From an uncultured Alphaproteobacteria bacterium (GTDB lineage Bacteria; Pseudomonadota; Alphaproteobacteria; Geminicoccales; Geminicoccaceae), in NCBI GenBank assembly GCA_963787265.1, contig CAWBCX010000050.1, positions 118,583 through 182,582 of the forward strand: DNA of 64,000 nt, in the 5' to 3' direction. Made by a program: the position numbers and the translations under genes. Below the pieces are notes generated by a model that searched no databases, was not told the DNA's origin, and saw nothing but the letters and a program-made list of their open reading frames with translations. Below are positions 52,930-61,183 of this stretch, piece after piece. How positions within the stretch are numbered: the stretch's first letter is position 1; the number at the start of each line of letters is the position of its first letter.

Positions 52930-53786
52930 TGCAGCGCGACGCGACGCGTGCGCGTATCCTCAGAGGCGCTCTTCTTACAGGGGTCGGCCTCTTCTTTCTG
53001 TTCCCGATCTTCTGGGTCTTTTTGATGTCCTTTCAGACCAATCAGGACATCCTGCGCATGCCGCCATCCCTCGTCTTCACGCCCACATTCGAGAACTACG
53101 TCGCCTTGATCTCGGGCAAGCTCGAAACCAATGCCGGCACCCTCGAAATCAAGTTCATGGGCAACCTCCTGAACAGCTTCATCCTGGCCGCGTCCTCCGT
53201 TGCCCTTTCCATCATCCTCGCCATCCCGGCGGCCTACGCGTTTGCGCGCTACAAATTCCGCCTCGGCGAGCACATCGCCTTCATGATTCTCTCCTTCCGC
53301 TTCGCCCCGCCGCTCCTGGTGCTGGTGCCGCTCCTCACCTACTTCCAGACCATCGGCCTGGTGGACACCTATATCGGCCTGATCTGGGTCTACCAGTTGA
53401 TCACGCTGCCGCTGATCCTCTGGATCACCCGTGGCTATTTCGAGGATGTCAGCGAGGACATCGAGCACGCCCACCGCATCGACGGCCATGGCTGGCTGAA
53501 GACTTTTTTGAAAGTGGCCGTACCGCTGGCGCTTCCAGGGATCGCCGCAGCGGCCCTGCTCGCCTTCATCTTCGCCTGGAATAATTTCGTGTTCGCCCTG
53601 ATTCTGGCCTCCGCCGACAAGCAACCCGTAACCGTCGGTGCGCTCGCTTTCGTCACTGCCTCAGGCATTCAGTACGGCCAAATCGCGGCGGCTCTCATCC
53701 TCTCGATCATCCCGACCCTGGCCTTCGCCATCGCCGCCCAGCGCTATCTGGTCGAAGGTCTTTCGCTTGGCGCAGTCAAGGGTTAA
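52929..53786 (+). CDS. Carbohydrate ABC transporter permease (MalG/UgpE-like)
   Basis: This is the in-frame tail of ORF 52404..53786 starting at 'MQRDATRARILRG'. It has the EAA-loop 'IEHAHRIDGHGWLKTFLKVAVP'. Its start overlaps the previous stop. Confidence 0.85.
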   Translation: MQRDATRARILRGALLTGVGLFFLFPIFWVFLMSFQTNQDILRMPPSLVFTPTFENYVALISGKLETNAGTLEIKFMGNLLNSFILAASSVALSIILAIPAAYAFARYKFRLGEHIAFMILSFRFAPPLLVLVPLLTYFQTIGLVDTYIGLIWVYQLITLPLILWITRGYFEDVSEDIEHAHRIDGHGWLKTFLKVAVPLALPGIAAAALLAFIFAWNNFVFALILASADKQPVTVGALAFVTASGIQYGQIAAALILSIIPTLAFAIAAQRYLVEGLSLGAVKG

Positions 53787-53790
53787 GCGC

Positions 53791-54912
53791 ATGAGCTTTC
53801 TTGTCCTCAACCGGATCACAAAAAAATTTGGACGGGAGACCGTTCTCAATGGTGTCTCGCTCGATGTCGATGCCGGCGAAACGGTCGCGATCCTTGGTCC
53901 TTCCGGGGCCGGCAAGACCGTCCTACTCCGCCTGATCGCCGGTGTGCTTGATCTTGATGAAGGCGATATCCGAATCGGCGGCAAAAGCGTGACAGCCGAA
54001 CCGCCGGAAGCACGAAAACTCGGCATGGCATTCCAGAACTTCGCCCTCTACCCGCACCGCACCGCGTTCGAAAATATCGCGAGCCCGCTCCGCGCCCTTA
54101 AAGCCAGTGAGGCCGACATTCGGCAAGACGTCCACCGGGTCGCCGAACTCCTGCGGATCGACCATGTCCTCAGCCATCTGCCCAAAGCGCTCTCCAACGG
54201 CCAGAAGCAGCGCACCTCGCTCGCTCGCGCTCTGGTGCGCGGCCCGAAACTGCTGCTGCTCGACGATCCGCTCAGGAATGTCGACGCCAAGCTCCGCTAC
54301 GAAATGCGGGTCGAACTGCCGCGCCTTTTGAAGCAGGCCGAGGCCACCGTCCTCTATGTCACCCAGGACTACAAGGAAGCCATGGCGCTCGGCGACCGCG
54401 TGGCGGTTCTCACGGACAAGGGGTTCGCGCAAGTTGACACGCCGGCCAGGATCTACCGCCATCCCGTCTCGACCAAGGTGGCGAAACTCCTGGGCGATCC
54501 GACCATCAACCTTCTTCCCGCCCGTCTGCGCTCGGACCATCAGGGCATCGCCGTCGATCTCTTCGGCCGGCGTATGCAGCTGACATCACTGCCGCTTTCC
54601 GTCTCCGGCAGGTCCTGCCTGATCGGCATCCGCCCGGAGCACATCAAGGTGACCATGGGCGAGGTTGATGGCGGCACCAGCCAGATCGCCGAGCTAGATG
54701 CGGTAACACCTTTGAACGTGCGCTCCGTGCTTCTGCTGCGGACACCTGACGGCGGCGAGTTGCTGGCATCCTGCTCCGAAGCCGAAGCCGCTCGCTTTCC
54801 CCGCGGCCACGGCGCTGTTTCGCTCGATATCGCAGAGGACAACCTTCTCGCCTTCGATGCCGAAAGCGGCGAGCGCCTGGGTCAGCGATCCGCTGGAGAA
54901 AAGACACTGTGA
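53791..54912 (+). CDS. ABC transporter ATP-binding protein (MalK/UgpC-like), first of two
   Basis: 'MSFLVLNRITKKFG', Walker A 'GPSGAGKT', the degenerate signature 'LSNGQKQ' and Walker B 'LLLLDDP'. Confidence 0.85.
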   Translation: MSFLVLNRITKKFGRETVLNGVSLDVDAGETVAILGPSGAGKTVLLRLIAGVLDLDEGDIRIGGKSVTAEPPEARKLGMAFQNFALYPHRTAFENIASPLRALKASEADIRQDVHRVAELLRIDHVLSHLPKALSNGQKQRTSLARALVRGPKLLLLDDPLRNVDAKLRYEMRVELPRLLKQAEATVLYVTQDYKEAMALGDRVAVLTDKGFAQVDTPARIYRHPVSTKVAKLLGDPTINLLPARLRSDHQGIAVDLFGRRMQLTSLPLSVSGRSCLIGIRPEHIKVTMGEVDGGTSQIAELDAVTPLNVRSVLLLRTPDGGELLASCSEAEAARFPRGHGAVSLDIAEDNLLAFDAESGERLGQRSAGEKTL

Positions 54913-56057
54913 GCACCCTCGTCCTCGACCAGGTGACAAAGATCTACAAGGTCAAACGCGCACCAGATGTTCTGGCCGTCGACGCCGTCGACATGACGGT
55001 CGAAGACGGTGAGATCGTCGGCCTTCTCGGCAGCTCCGGCTGCGGCAAAACCTCGACGCTGCGCATGATCGCTGGTTTCGAAGATGTCACCTCGGGCGAA
55101 ATCCGGGCAGGCGACCGGCTGCTGAACAACCTTCTGCCGGCGGCCCGCAACATCGCCATGGCGTTTGAGGGCTATGCGCTCTACCCGCCGCTCCGGATCC
55201 GCGACAATATCGCCTTCGGCCTCCTTCGAGACCGCCGTCCGCGCCCGGACGCGGATGCCAAGGTCAAAGAAATCGCCAAGCTTCTGGAGATCGAAGACAT
55301 TCTGGACCGCTACCCGCCCAACCTCTCCGGCGGCCAGCAACAACGAACCTCGCTTGCTCGCGCCCTTGCCCGCCCTGCCGACGTGCACCTTCTCGACGAG
55401 CCGATGTCCCAGCTCGAGCCGCAGCTCCGCGCCATTCTGCGCGCCCGGATCAAGGACTATCTGATCCATAACCAGCTCACCACCGTCTTCGTCACCCACG
55501 ACCAGACCGAAGCGATCGCCCTCGCCGACCGCATTGCCGTCATGGACGAAGGCCGCCTCCAGCAATACGGCACAGGCGACGATCTCAAGGACCGCCCCGC
55601 TAACCTATACGTCGCCTCGTTCATCGGCGAACCGCCCATGAATATCTTCATCACCAGGGTGACTGATGGTGACGGCGCCCAAAGCCTCCAGGTCGAGCAC
55701 CCGAATGACATGGCAGGTCCCATCATAGCGTTGCCGAGGGCCACGTTGACCGACCTTCAAGTCGGCAGAAAGCTAGCGCTTGGTATCCGCCCCCACCAAA
55801 TTCGGCTCGGGGCCGAGCCGGCTCTTGGTCCGGTGTTGAAGGGGCGGGTAACCTCCAACCAGTGGCTCGGCGATCAAACCCATATCGGCATCGAAACCGG
55901 CGGCCAGCTGACGATCGCCGTCTCGGACGGCAGCGTTGAAGCGCCGATCGACAGTTTGATCGAGATCACGCTGCCGCTCACGGCCCTTCATCTGTTCGAC
56001 GGCGACAGCGACGTTGCCCTGCACCATGGTCTGGCCGCCAAGGAGGCCGCAGCATGA
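54909..56057 (+). CDS. ABC transporter ATP-binding protein (MalK/UgpC-like), second of two
   Basis: 382-aa ORF with a GTG start overlapping the previous stop. It has Walker A 'GSSGCGKTS', the signature 'LSGGQQQ' and Walker B 'VHLLDEP'. Confidence 0.85.
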   Translation: MSTLVLDQVTKIYKVKRAPDVLAVDAVDMTVEDGEIVGLLGSSGCGKTSTLRMIAGFEDVTSGEIRAGDRLLNNLLPAARNIAMAFEGYALYPPLRIRDNIAFGLLRDRRPRPDADAKVKEIAKLLEIEDILDRYPPNLSGGQQQRTSLARALARPADVHLLDEPMSQLEPQLRAILRARIKDYLIHNQLTTVFVTHDQTEAIALADRIAVMDEGRLQQYGTGDDLKDRPANLYVASFIGEPPMNIFITRVTDGDGAQSLQVEHPNDMAGPIIALPRATLTDLQVGRKLALGIRPHQIRLGAEPALGPVLKGRVTSNQWLGDQTHIGIETGGQLTIAVSDGSVEAPIDSLIEITLPLTALHLFDGDSDVALHHGLAAKEAAA

Positions 56058-57619
56058 GTCCCGCCCAAGATATCTTGATTGGTCTGGATGCAGGCACCTC
56101 GGTCATCAAAGCGGTTGCCTTCACCCTCGATGGCCATCAAATCGACAGCGCCGGCGTGCCGAACAAGGTGGACTATCTGAACGACGGCGGCGCCGTCCAA
56201 GATGTCCGCCGTACCTGGGCCGACGCTGCGCAGGCTTTACTATTGCTCGCCCGGAAAGTTCCCAATCTCGCGCAGCGCACAGCCGCGCTGGCAATCACCG
56301 GCCAGGGTGACGGTACGTGGCTCATCGATAGAGAGGGCGAGCCGGTCGCCCCCGGCTGGCTGTGGCTGGACGGCCGAAGCGCCCCCATCATCGAGGCATG
56401 GCGCGCTTCCGACATCGGCCCAGCGTTGCAAAACATCACCGGCACCGCCATCAACCCCGCGATCCAGAGCGGCCAGATCACTTGGCTCAAACAGCACCAA
56501 CCTGAGGTCATCGGCAAGGCGGCCACCGCTTTTCATTGCAAGGATTGGCTTTATTTCAAGGCGACCGGCGAGCGTGCAACCGATCTGGCCGAGGGTGTCT
56601 TCACCTTCGGCAATTACCGCACCCGCGCTTACGATGACGCCGTGCTCGAACTCTTGGATCTCCAGGATATCGCCCATCTCCGCCCGGACATCGTCGAAGG
56701 CAGCCAGCACCACGCCTTCTTGACCAACGAAGCCGCTGCGGCCACCAGCCTCTTGGCGGGAACACCTGTCGTGCTCGGTCCACTCGATGTGATCTCCACC
56801 ACCCTTGGCGCCGGCGGCTATGAACCCGGCTGCAATGTCGGCATCTCGATCCTCGGCTCCACCGGCATGCACATCCGCATTTTTCACCACGTCGACGACG
56901 TGGTGATCTCCGACGAGCAGGTCGGCTACGTCATGCCGTTTGTCGTGCCCGGCACCTTCGGCGGTTTTCAGTCCCACATGGCCGCCACCCTTAACATCGA
57001 CTGGCTGGTTAGCCTCGCTATCCGATTCGCCGAAGATGCCGGAACTAGAAGCATCGACGTCCGCGACGTCCTCCTGCGCTTGGATCAGCAAGCGGGCGGC
57101 GCCCGCCCCGGAACTTTACTTTTCCATCCCTTCATCTCTGAAAATGGCGAACGCGGCCCGTTCGTCGAACCGAAGGCCCGCGCCCAATTCCTCGGCCTGT
57201 CGACCCGCACCGGCCCCGGCGACCTGATGCGCGCCATCTATGAAGGTATGGCCTTTGCCGGCCGCGACTGCTACCGCGCTCTCAACCACAAACCCGACGA
57301 AATCCGTCTGGCAGGCGGTGCCGCCAACAGCGTGCTTTGCCGGAAAATTCTGGCCGCCTCCGTCGGTGCCCCTGTTCGCATCGTCAACCGGCCCGAGGCG
57401 GGCGCCGCAGGTGCCGCATTGACCGCGGCGGTCGCGATTGGCCAGTACCAAAATATCGCTGACGGCCTTCGCGACTGGGTCGCCCCCTATCTCGGCGATC
57501 TGGAGCCGGTCGATCAGCAATTGGCATCCACCTATGATGAACTGTTCCCGGCCTACCGCGACGGCTACCGGCAAATGGGCAGCGTCTGGCAGGCACTGCA
57601 TCACTCGGTTCGGGGGTAA
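56054..57619 (+). CDS. FGGY-family carbohydrate kinase
   Basis: 521-aa ORF with 'IGLDAGTSVIKAVAF' and a C-terminal 'LAGGAANSVL'. Its ATG overlaps the upstream stop (ATGA). Confidence 0.85.
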   Translation: MSPAQDILIGLDAGTSVIKAVAFTLDGHQIDSAGVPNKVDYLNDGGAVQDVRRTWADAAQALLLLARKVPNLAQRTAALAITGQGDGTWLIDREGEPVAPGWLWLDGRSAPIIEAWRASDIGPALQNITGTAINPAIQSGQITWLKQHQPEVIGKAATAFHCKDWLYFKATGERATDLAEGVFTFGNYRTRAYDDAVLELLDLQDIAHLRPDIVEGSQHHAFLTNEAAAATSLLAGTPVVLGPLDVISTTLGAGGYEPGCNVGISILGSTGMHIRIFHHVDDVVISDEQVGYVMPFVVPGTFGGFQSHMAATLNIDWLVSLAIRFAEDAGTRSIDVRDVLLRLDQQAGGARPGTLLFHPFISENGERGPFVEPKARAQFLGLSTRTGPGDLMRAIYEGMAFAGRDCYRALNHKPDEIRLAGGAANSVLCRKILAASVGAPVRIVNRPEAGAAGAALTAAVAIGQYQNIADGLRDWVAPYLGDLEPVDQQLASTYDELFPAYRDGYRQMGSVWQALHHSVRG

Positions 57620-57622
57620 GCC

Positions 57623-58711
57623 ATGGCCGAAGTCAAAAAAGTCACGGTGATCGGCGACAATTTCATGCTGCCGGACGCGTTCATCGCTTCCCTGAACCGT
57701 CTCGAGGGTCAAGAGTTTATCTTCCGTCAGGACACCCAGCCCTGGCCGGACATCGACATGACCCACGGTTACCATGTTGACGTTCATGCTGATACCGCAG
57801 GCCGCACAGGTCACGCCGACCTCGCAGATCTGAAGGAATATTTCGGCACGCCCGAGGACGTCATCCCGCTCATCCACGACGCCGACATCTATATTGGCCA
57901 CCTCGCCCCAATCACCCAATCCGTCCTCGATGCCGCCCCTAACCTCCAGCTCATCGGTATCTCCAGAGGCGGCCCCGTCAACATCGACATGGCGGCGACC
58001 CGCCGCAGAGGGATACCCGTTGTGAATACGCCCGGCCGCAATGCCGGCGCCGTGGCCGAGTTCACTATCGGCATGATCCTCAGCCAGACCCGCCTGATCA
58101 CCATCGGTCACGCCGCCCTTGCCACCACCGGCGACTGGAGCGGCCACCTCTATCGCGCCGACACCACAGGCCGCGAACTCGCGGAAATGACCGTCGGCAT
58201 CATCGGCTACGGCCATATCGGGACCAAGGTCGTCCGCCATCTCAAATCCTTCGGCTGCCGCATCCTGGTCAACGACCCCTACGTTCAATTGTCTCCACAG
58301 GACCTCGATCATGGAGTCCGGCAAGTCTCGCTGGAGACCCTGCTGAGCGAGGCGGACGTGGTCACCATGCACCCCCGCGTCACCGCAGAAACCACAGGCA
58401 TGATCGGCAAGGAGCAATTCGCCGCCATGAAAGACGGCGCCTACTTCATCAACACAGCACGCGGTCCGCTGGTCGATTACGACGCGCTCTACGAAGCCCT
58501 TGCCGCAAAAAAACTGGCGGGTGCCGGCCTTGAGACCTTCGCCATCGAGCCCGTCCCTCCGGACTGGCCGCTCCTCAAACTCCCCAATGTCACGCTCACC
58601 CCGCACATCGCCGGCGCCTCGGTGAAAACCGTCACCAACGCCGCTGACATGCTCGCCGAAGAGGTCCGCCGTTTTCTGAAGGGCGAGCCGCTGATCAACC
58701 TCGTTCCCTAG
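57623..58711 (+). CDS. D-isomer-specific 2-hydroxyacid dehydrogenase family oxidoreductase
   Basis: 362-aa ORF with the NAD motif 'VGIIGYGHIGTKV', 'NTARG' and the catalytic 'TPHIAG'. Confidence 0.85.
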   Translation: MAEVKKVTVIGDNFMLPDAFIASLNRLEGQEFIFRQDTQPWPDIDMTHGYHVDVHADTAGRTGHADLADLKEYFGTPEDVIPLIHDADIYIGHLAPITQSVLDAAPNLQLIGISRGGPVNIDMAATRRRGIPVVNTPGRNAGAVAEFTIGMILSQTRLITIGHAALATTGDWSGHLYRADTTGRELAEMTVGIIGYGHIGTKVVRHLKSFGCRILVNDPYVQLSPQDLDHGVRQVSLETLLSEADVVTMHPRVTAETTGMIGKEQFAAMKDGAYFINTARGPLVDYDALYEALAAKKLAGAGLETFAIEPVPPDWPLLKLPNVTLTPHIAGASVKTVTNAADMLAEEVRRFLKGEPLINLVP

Positions 58712-58741
58712 TCAACATCTCGTTTCTCGGAGATTTCACCC

Positions 58742-59452
58742 TTGCCCAAACTGCCTTCCTCAAAATCGCATGCCCTGCGTCAGGGCATTATTGATACCTG
58801 CCTCGAGATGAACGCCTCCGGCCTGAACCAGGGCACTTCCGGCAATGTCTCGGCCCGCGTCGAGGGCGGTATGCTCATCACGCCGTCCGGCATGCCGTAC
58901 AGGCAGATGAAACCCGCCGACATCGTCTACATGAAGACCGACGGCAGCTACACGGGCGACCTCGTCCCCTCCACCGAATGGCGCTTCCATCTGGACATCC
59001 TGAATACTCGTCCCGACGTCCAAGCGATCGTTCATGCCCACCCCACCTTCTGCACCACGCTCGCTATCCTTGGCCGCGACATCCCACCCCTTCACTATAT
59101 GATCGCTGTCGCCGGTGGCCCCGACATCCGTTGCGCCGACTACGCCACCTTCGGCACCGCCGAACTTTCAAAAAACGCGATCAAGGCGCTCAAAGACCGC
59201 AAAGCCTGCTTGCTTGCCCACCATGGCATGATCGCGACCGGAACCGATCTCGCCAAAGCCCTGTGGCTTGCCGTCGAAACCGAAACGCTCGCCAAACAGT
59301 ATTACTACACCCTCCAACTAGGCGGTCCGCCCCTTCTGCCCGACGCCGAAATCAAGAACGTCATGGAGCGCATCAAGAACTATGGCCCGAGGTCCGACGC
59401 GGACGGCGATGACTCGACGAAGCCCAAGCGGGTGAACGCGAAAAGCCGTTAG
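58742..59452 (+). CDS. Class II aldolase/adducin-family protein (aldolase, epimerase or decarboxylase)
   Basis: 236-aa ORF with a TTG start after a GGAGA RBS. It has 'GTSGNVSAR', 'PSTEWRFHL', 'HAHPTF' and 'LAHHG'. Confidence 0.85.
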   Translation: MPKLPSSKSHALRQGIIDTCLEMNASGLNQGTSGNVSARVEGGMLITPSGMPYRQMKPADIVYMKTDGSYTGDLVPSTEWRFHLDILNTRPDVQAIVHAHPTFCTTLAILGRDIPPLHYMIAVAGGPDIRCADYATFGTAELSKNAIKALKDRKACLLAHHGMIATGTDLAKALWLAVETETLAKQYYYTLQLGGPPLLPDAEIKNVMERIKNYGPRSDADGDDSTKPKRVNAKSR

Positions 59453-59579
59453 CGTCCTGATCCTGGAGCTCCTTCTACCAGGTTAAGGTTACCAAGGGGT
59501 CAAGCGACGGGCACCGGGGAGAGCGTGCGAACAACCTGATCCCGCACCGCTGAGATCACACCATGCCACGCAACAAATG

Positions 59580-60050
59580 TCAGATACGAACGCAGGCTGG
59601 TTTGAACGCTTCGGAGAGGTCCAACATGGATTGGGGGGGCACATCCTCGTAAAGCCGGATTTTACCATCCCGGTCGGAAACATAGACCTCCTTGTAGAAG
59701 TCATGGAGGCGGGCAATGGCAAAAGTTGCCGGCTTCTTCGGTGGATATTTTATCGCCATGATGTAGATCTTGGGCGTTGCGTCTTCTCTATGCTCATCAT
59801 CACGGCAATAGGCCGCCATCACAAAGGTCTGGACCGATGCATGGGCGTGGTGCTCAGCGAAAACCGTCTGAACCACCTGAAGTCCATCTTGCTCGTCCCG
59901 AAAGGTCAGGGTTCGTTGCACATCACCAAGAATCTCAGGCATGCGGTTGACGAAGATGAAATCATCTTGTCCACCCAAGACCGGTGCGATGGCCAAGCCG
60001 ATCGAGATTCCCAAAACGACAGAGATTCTCACCAGACCTCCCCGTGCCAA
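59580..60050 (-). CDS. Hypothetical membrane-anchored protein in an AT-richer patch
   Basis: 156-aa ORF with the N-terminal hydrophobic segment 'ISVVLGISIGLAIAPVLG'. No family assignment. Confidence 0.4.
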   Translation of the reverse strand: MARGGLVRISVVLGISIGLAIAPVLGGQDDFIFVNRMPEILGDVQRTLTFRDEQDGLQVVQTVFAEHHAHASVQTFVMAAYCRDDEHREDATPKIYIMAIKYPPKKPATFAIARLHDFYKEVYVSDRDGKIRLYEDVPPQSMLDLSEAFKPACVRI

Positions 60051-60156
60051 GACAGTTCAAGGTTCTGAAATAAGGGCCTCGCCTCCTTTGATATGAACTT
60101 GTCGATATCGATTTCCTGCTCGGGCGAACTTAAATCAAGATATTCATTTTAAAGGC

Positions 60157-60645
60157 TTATGCCAGAGCTTCCGGTGCGATCAACATGTTGTAGGAGACGG
60201 GTTCGTGGTCGAGGCCGATAGCGAGGAGCGTTGCGCAGCCGGCATGGCGATTGCTGCGCCGGTTGAAGCGGAAGACGAACTCGTTGAGACAGGTCTGGAT
60301 ATGAGCGCGGCGCAGGCCGTGATAGACGCCGAGCGCCCAGGTTTTGAAGTTGGCGAAGACCCGATGGATCCAGGGCAGGACGATGTGGGCGGCCATGGGA
60401 CCGACGACATGGGGCTCGTGCCTGACGTCCTTGGCGCCGGGATAGGCGGCCCAGCCATCGGTTTTGGCGGTGGCGCCCTTGGCGAGATTGTCGGCAAGAA
60501 AGGCGTGAAGACTGATTGCCGAGAAGTCCTTGATCTCGGTGAGACGGATGCGGCCAGGTTTGCCATCTCCGACCTCGACCGTACCGACGATCAGGAGCTT
60601 GCCTTGGGCGCTTCGGCCGCCGCCGCCGGCAACCGCATCGCCTAT
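60157..60645 (-). mobile_element. IS1595-family transposase, C-terminal remnant (N-terminal zinc-ribbon part missing)
   Basis: ORF 60157..60753. 'GKLLIVGTVEV...TDGWAAYPG...HEPHVVG...VLPWIHRVFANFKTWALGVYHGLRRAHIQTCLNEFVFRFNRR' matches my memory of the IS1595/ISXO2-like DDE domain. Confidence 0.65.
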
Positions 60646-60795
60646 GTCACCACATCCGGGCTCACCGGACGGTCGGGAATAAGCCTTCAAAAAGGCATTC
60701 AGGTCAGCGATGACGAAATGGCTGGCATCAACATCCGGCGCGACGATTTTCATGGCGAGTGGAAATACACAATCAGCCCAAGAAAATCATCTCTG
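60646..60795 (+). mobile_element. ISAzo13-family transposase, extreme C-terminal remnant
   Basis: The tail of ORF 60205..60843, 'QKGIQVSDDEMAGINIRRDDFHGEWKYTISP', resembles the conserved '...FHGEWNYTI' C-terminus recalled for ISAzo13-like transposases. It abuts the IS1595 remnant. Confidence 0.45.
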
Positions 60796-61183
60796 TTGAC
60801 CTCAAAAAGTAACGCACAAATCTTTCATGAATCGATCCGATAATTTCGCGTCAGATCTTAACGAACGATATGCCGCCGCAAACACCGTCAAACAGACGCA
60901 ACGATAGGGCCTCCATCCATATTTCGCCCGATAGGGGCAGATCTCAAAGCCTCATCATCCTCCTTCTCTTCTTCTCCTACCCAACGAGAACATCCCCTCC
61001 AGCGCTTTCAGCATGACCCGATTGTCCGTCCGCCCCTCGACGATCGCTCTCCGCATCTGTATCCATTGCGCATGAAAGAGCAAGCGGCTTAGTCCGGCCG
61101 ACAACCAAGCCGATTCTCGGCCGTTCTGCGATCCAAGGTGTATGCTGGCTCAACTTCCATGCCGTTGCGAGGTTCTGGTGCCG

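Noticed and set aside
60844-61141. A possible minus-strand fragment ('...FHAQWIQMRRAIVEGRTDNRVMLKALEG...') of a regulator upstream of bglX
   Set aside because: It is too short and lacks a diagnostic motif. I could not assign a family or define its boundaries.
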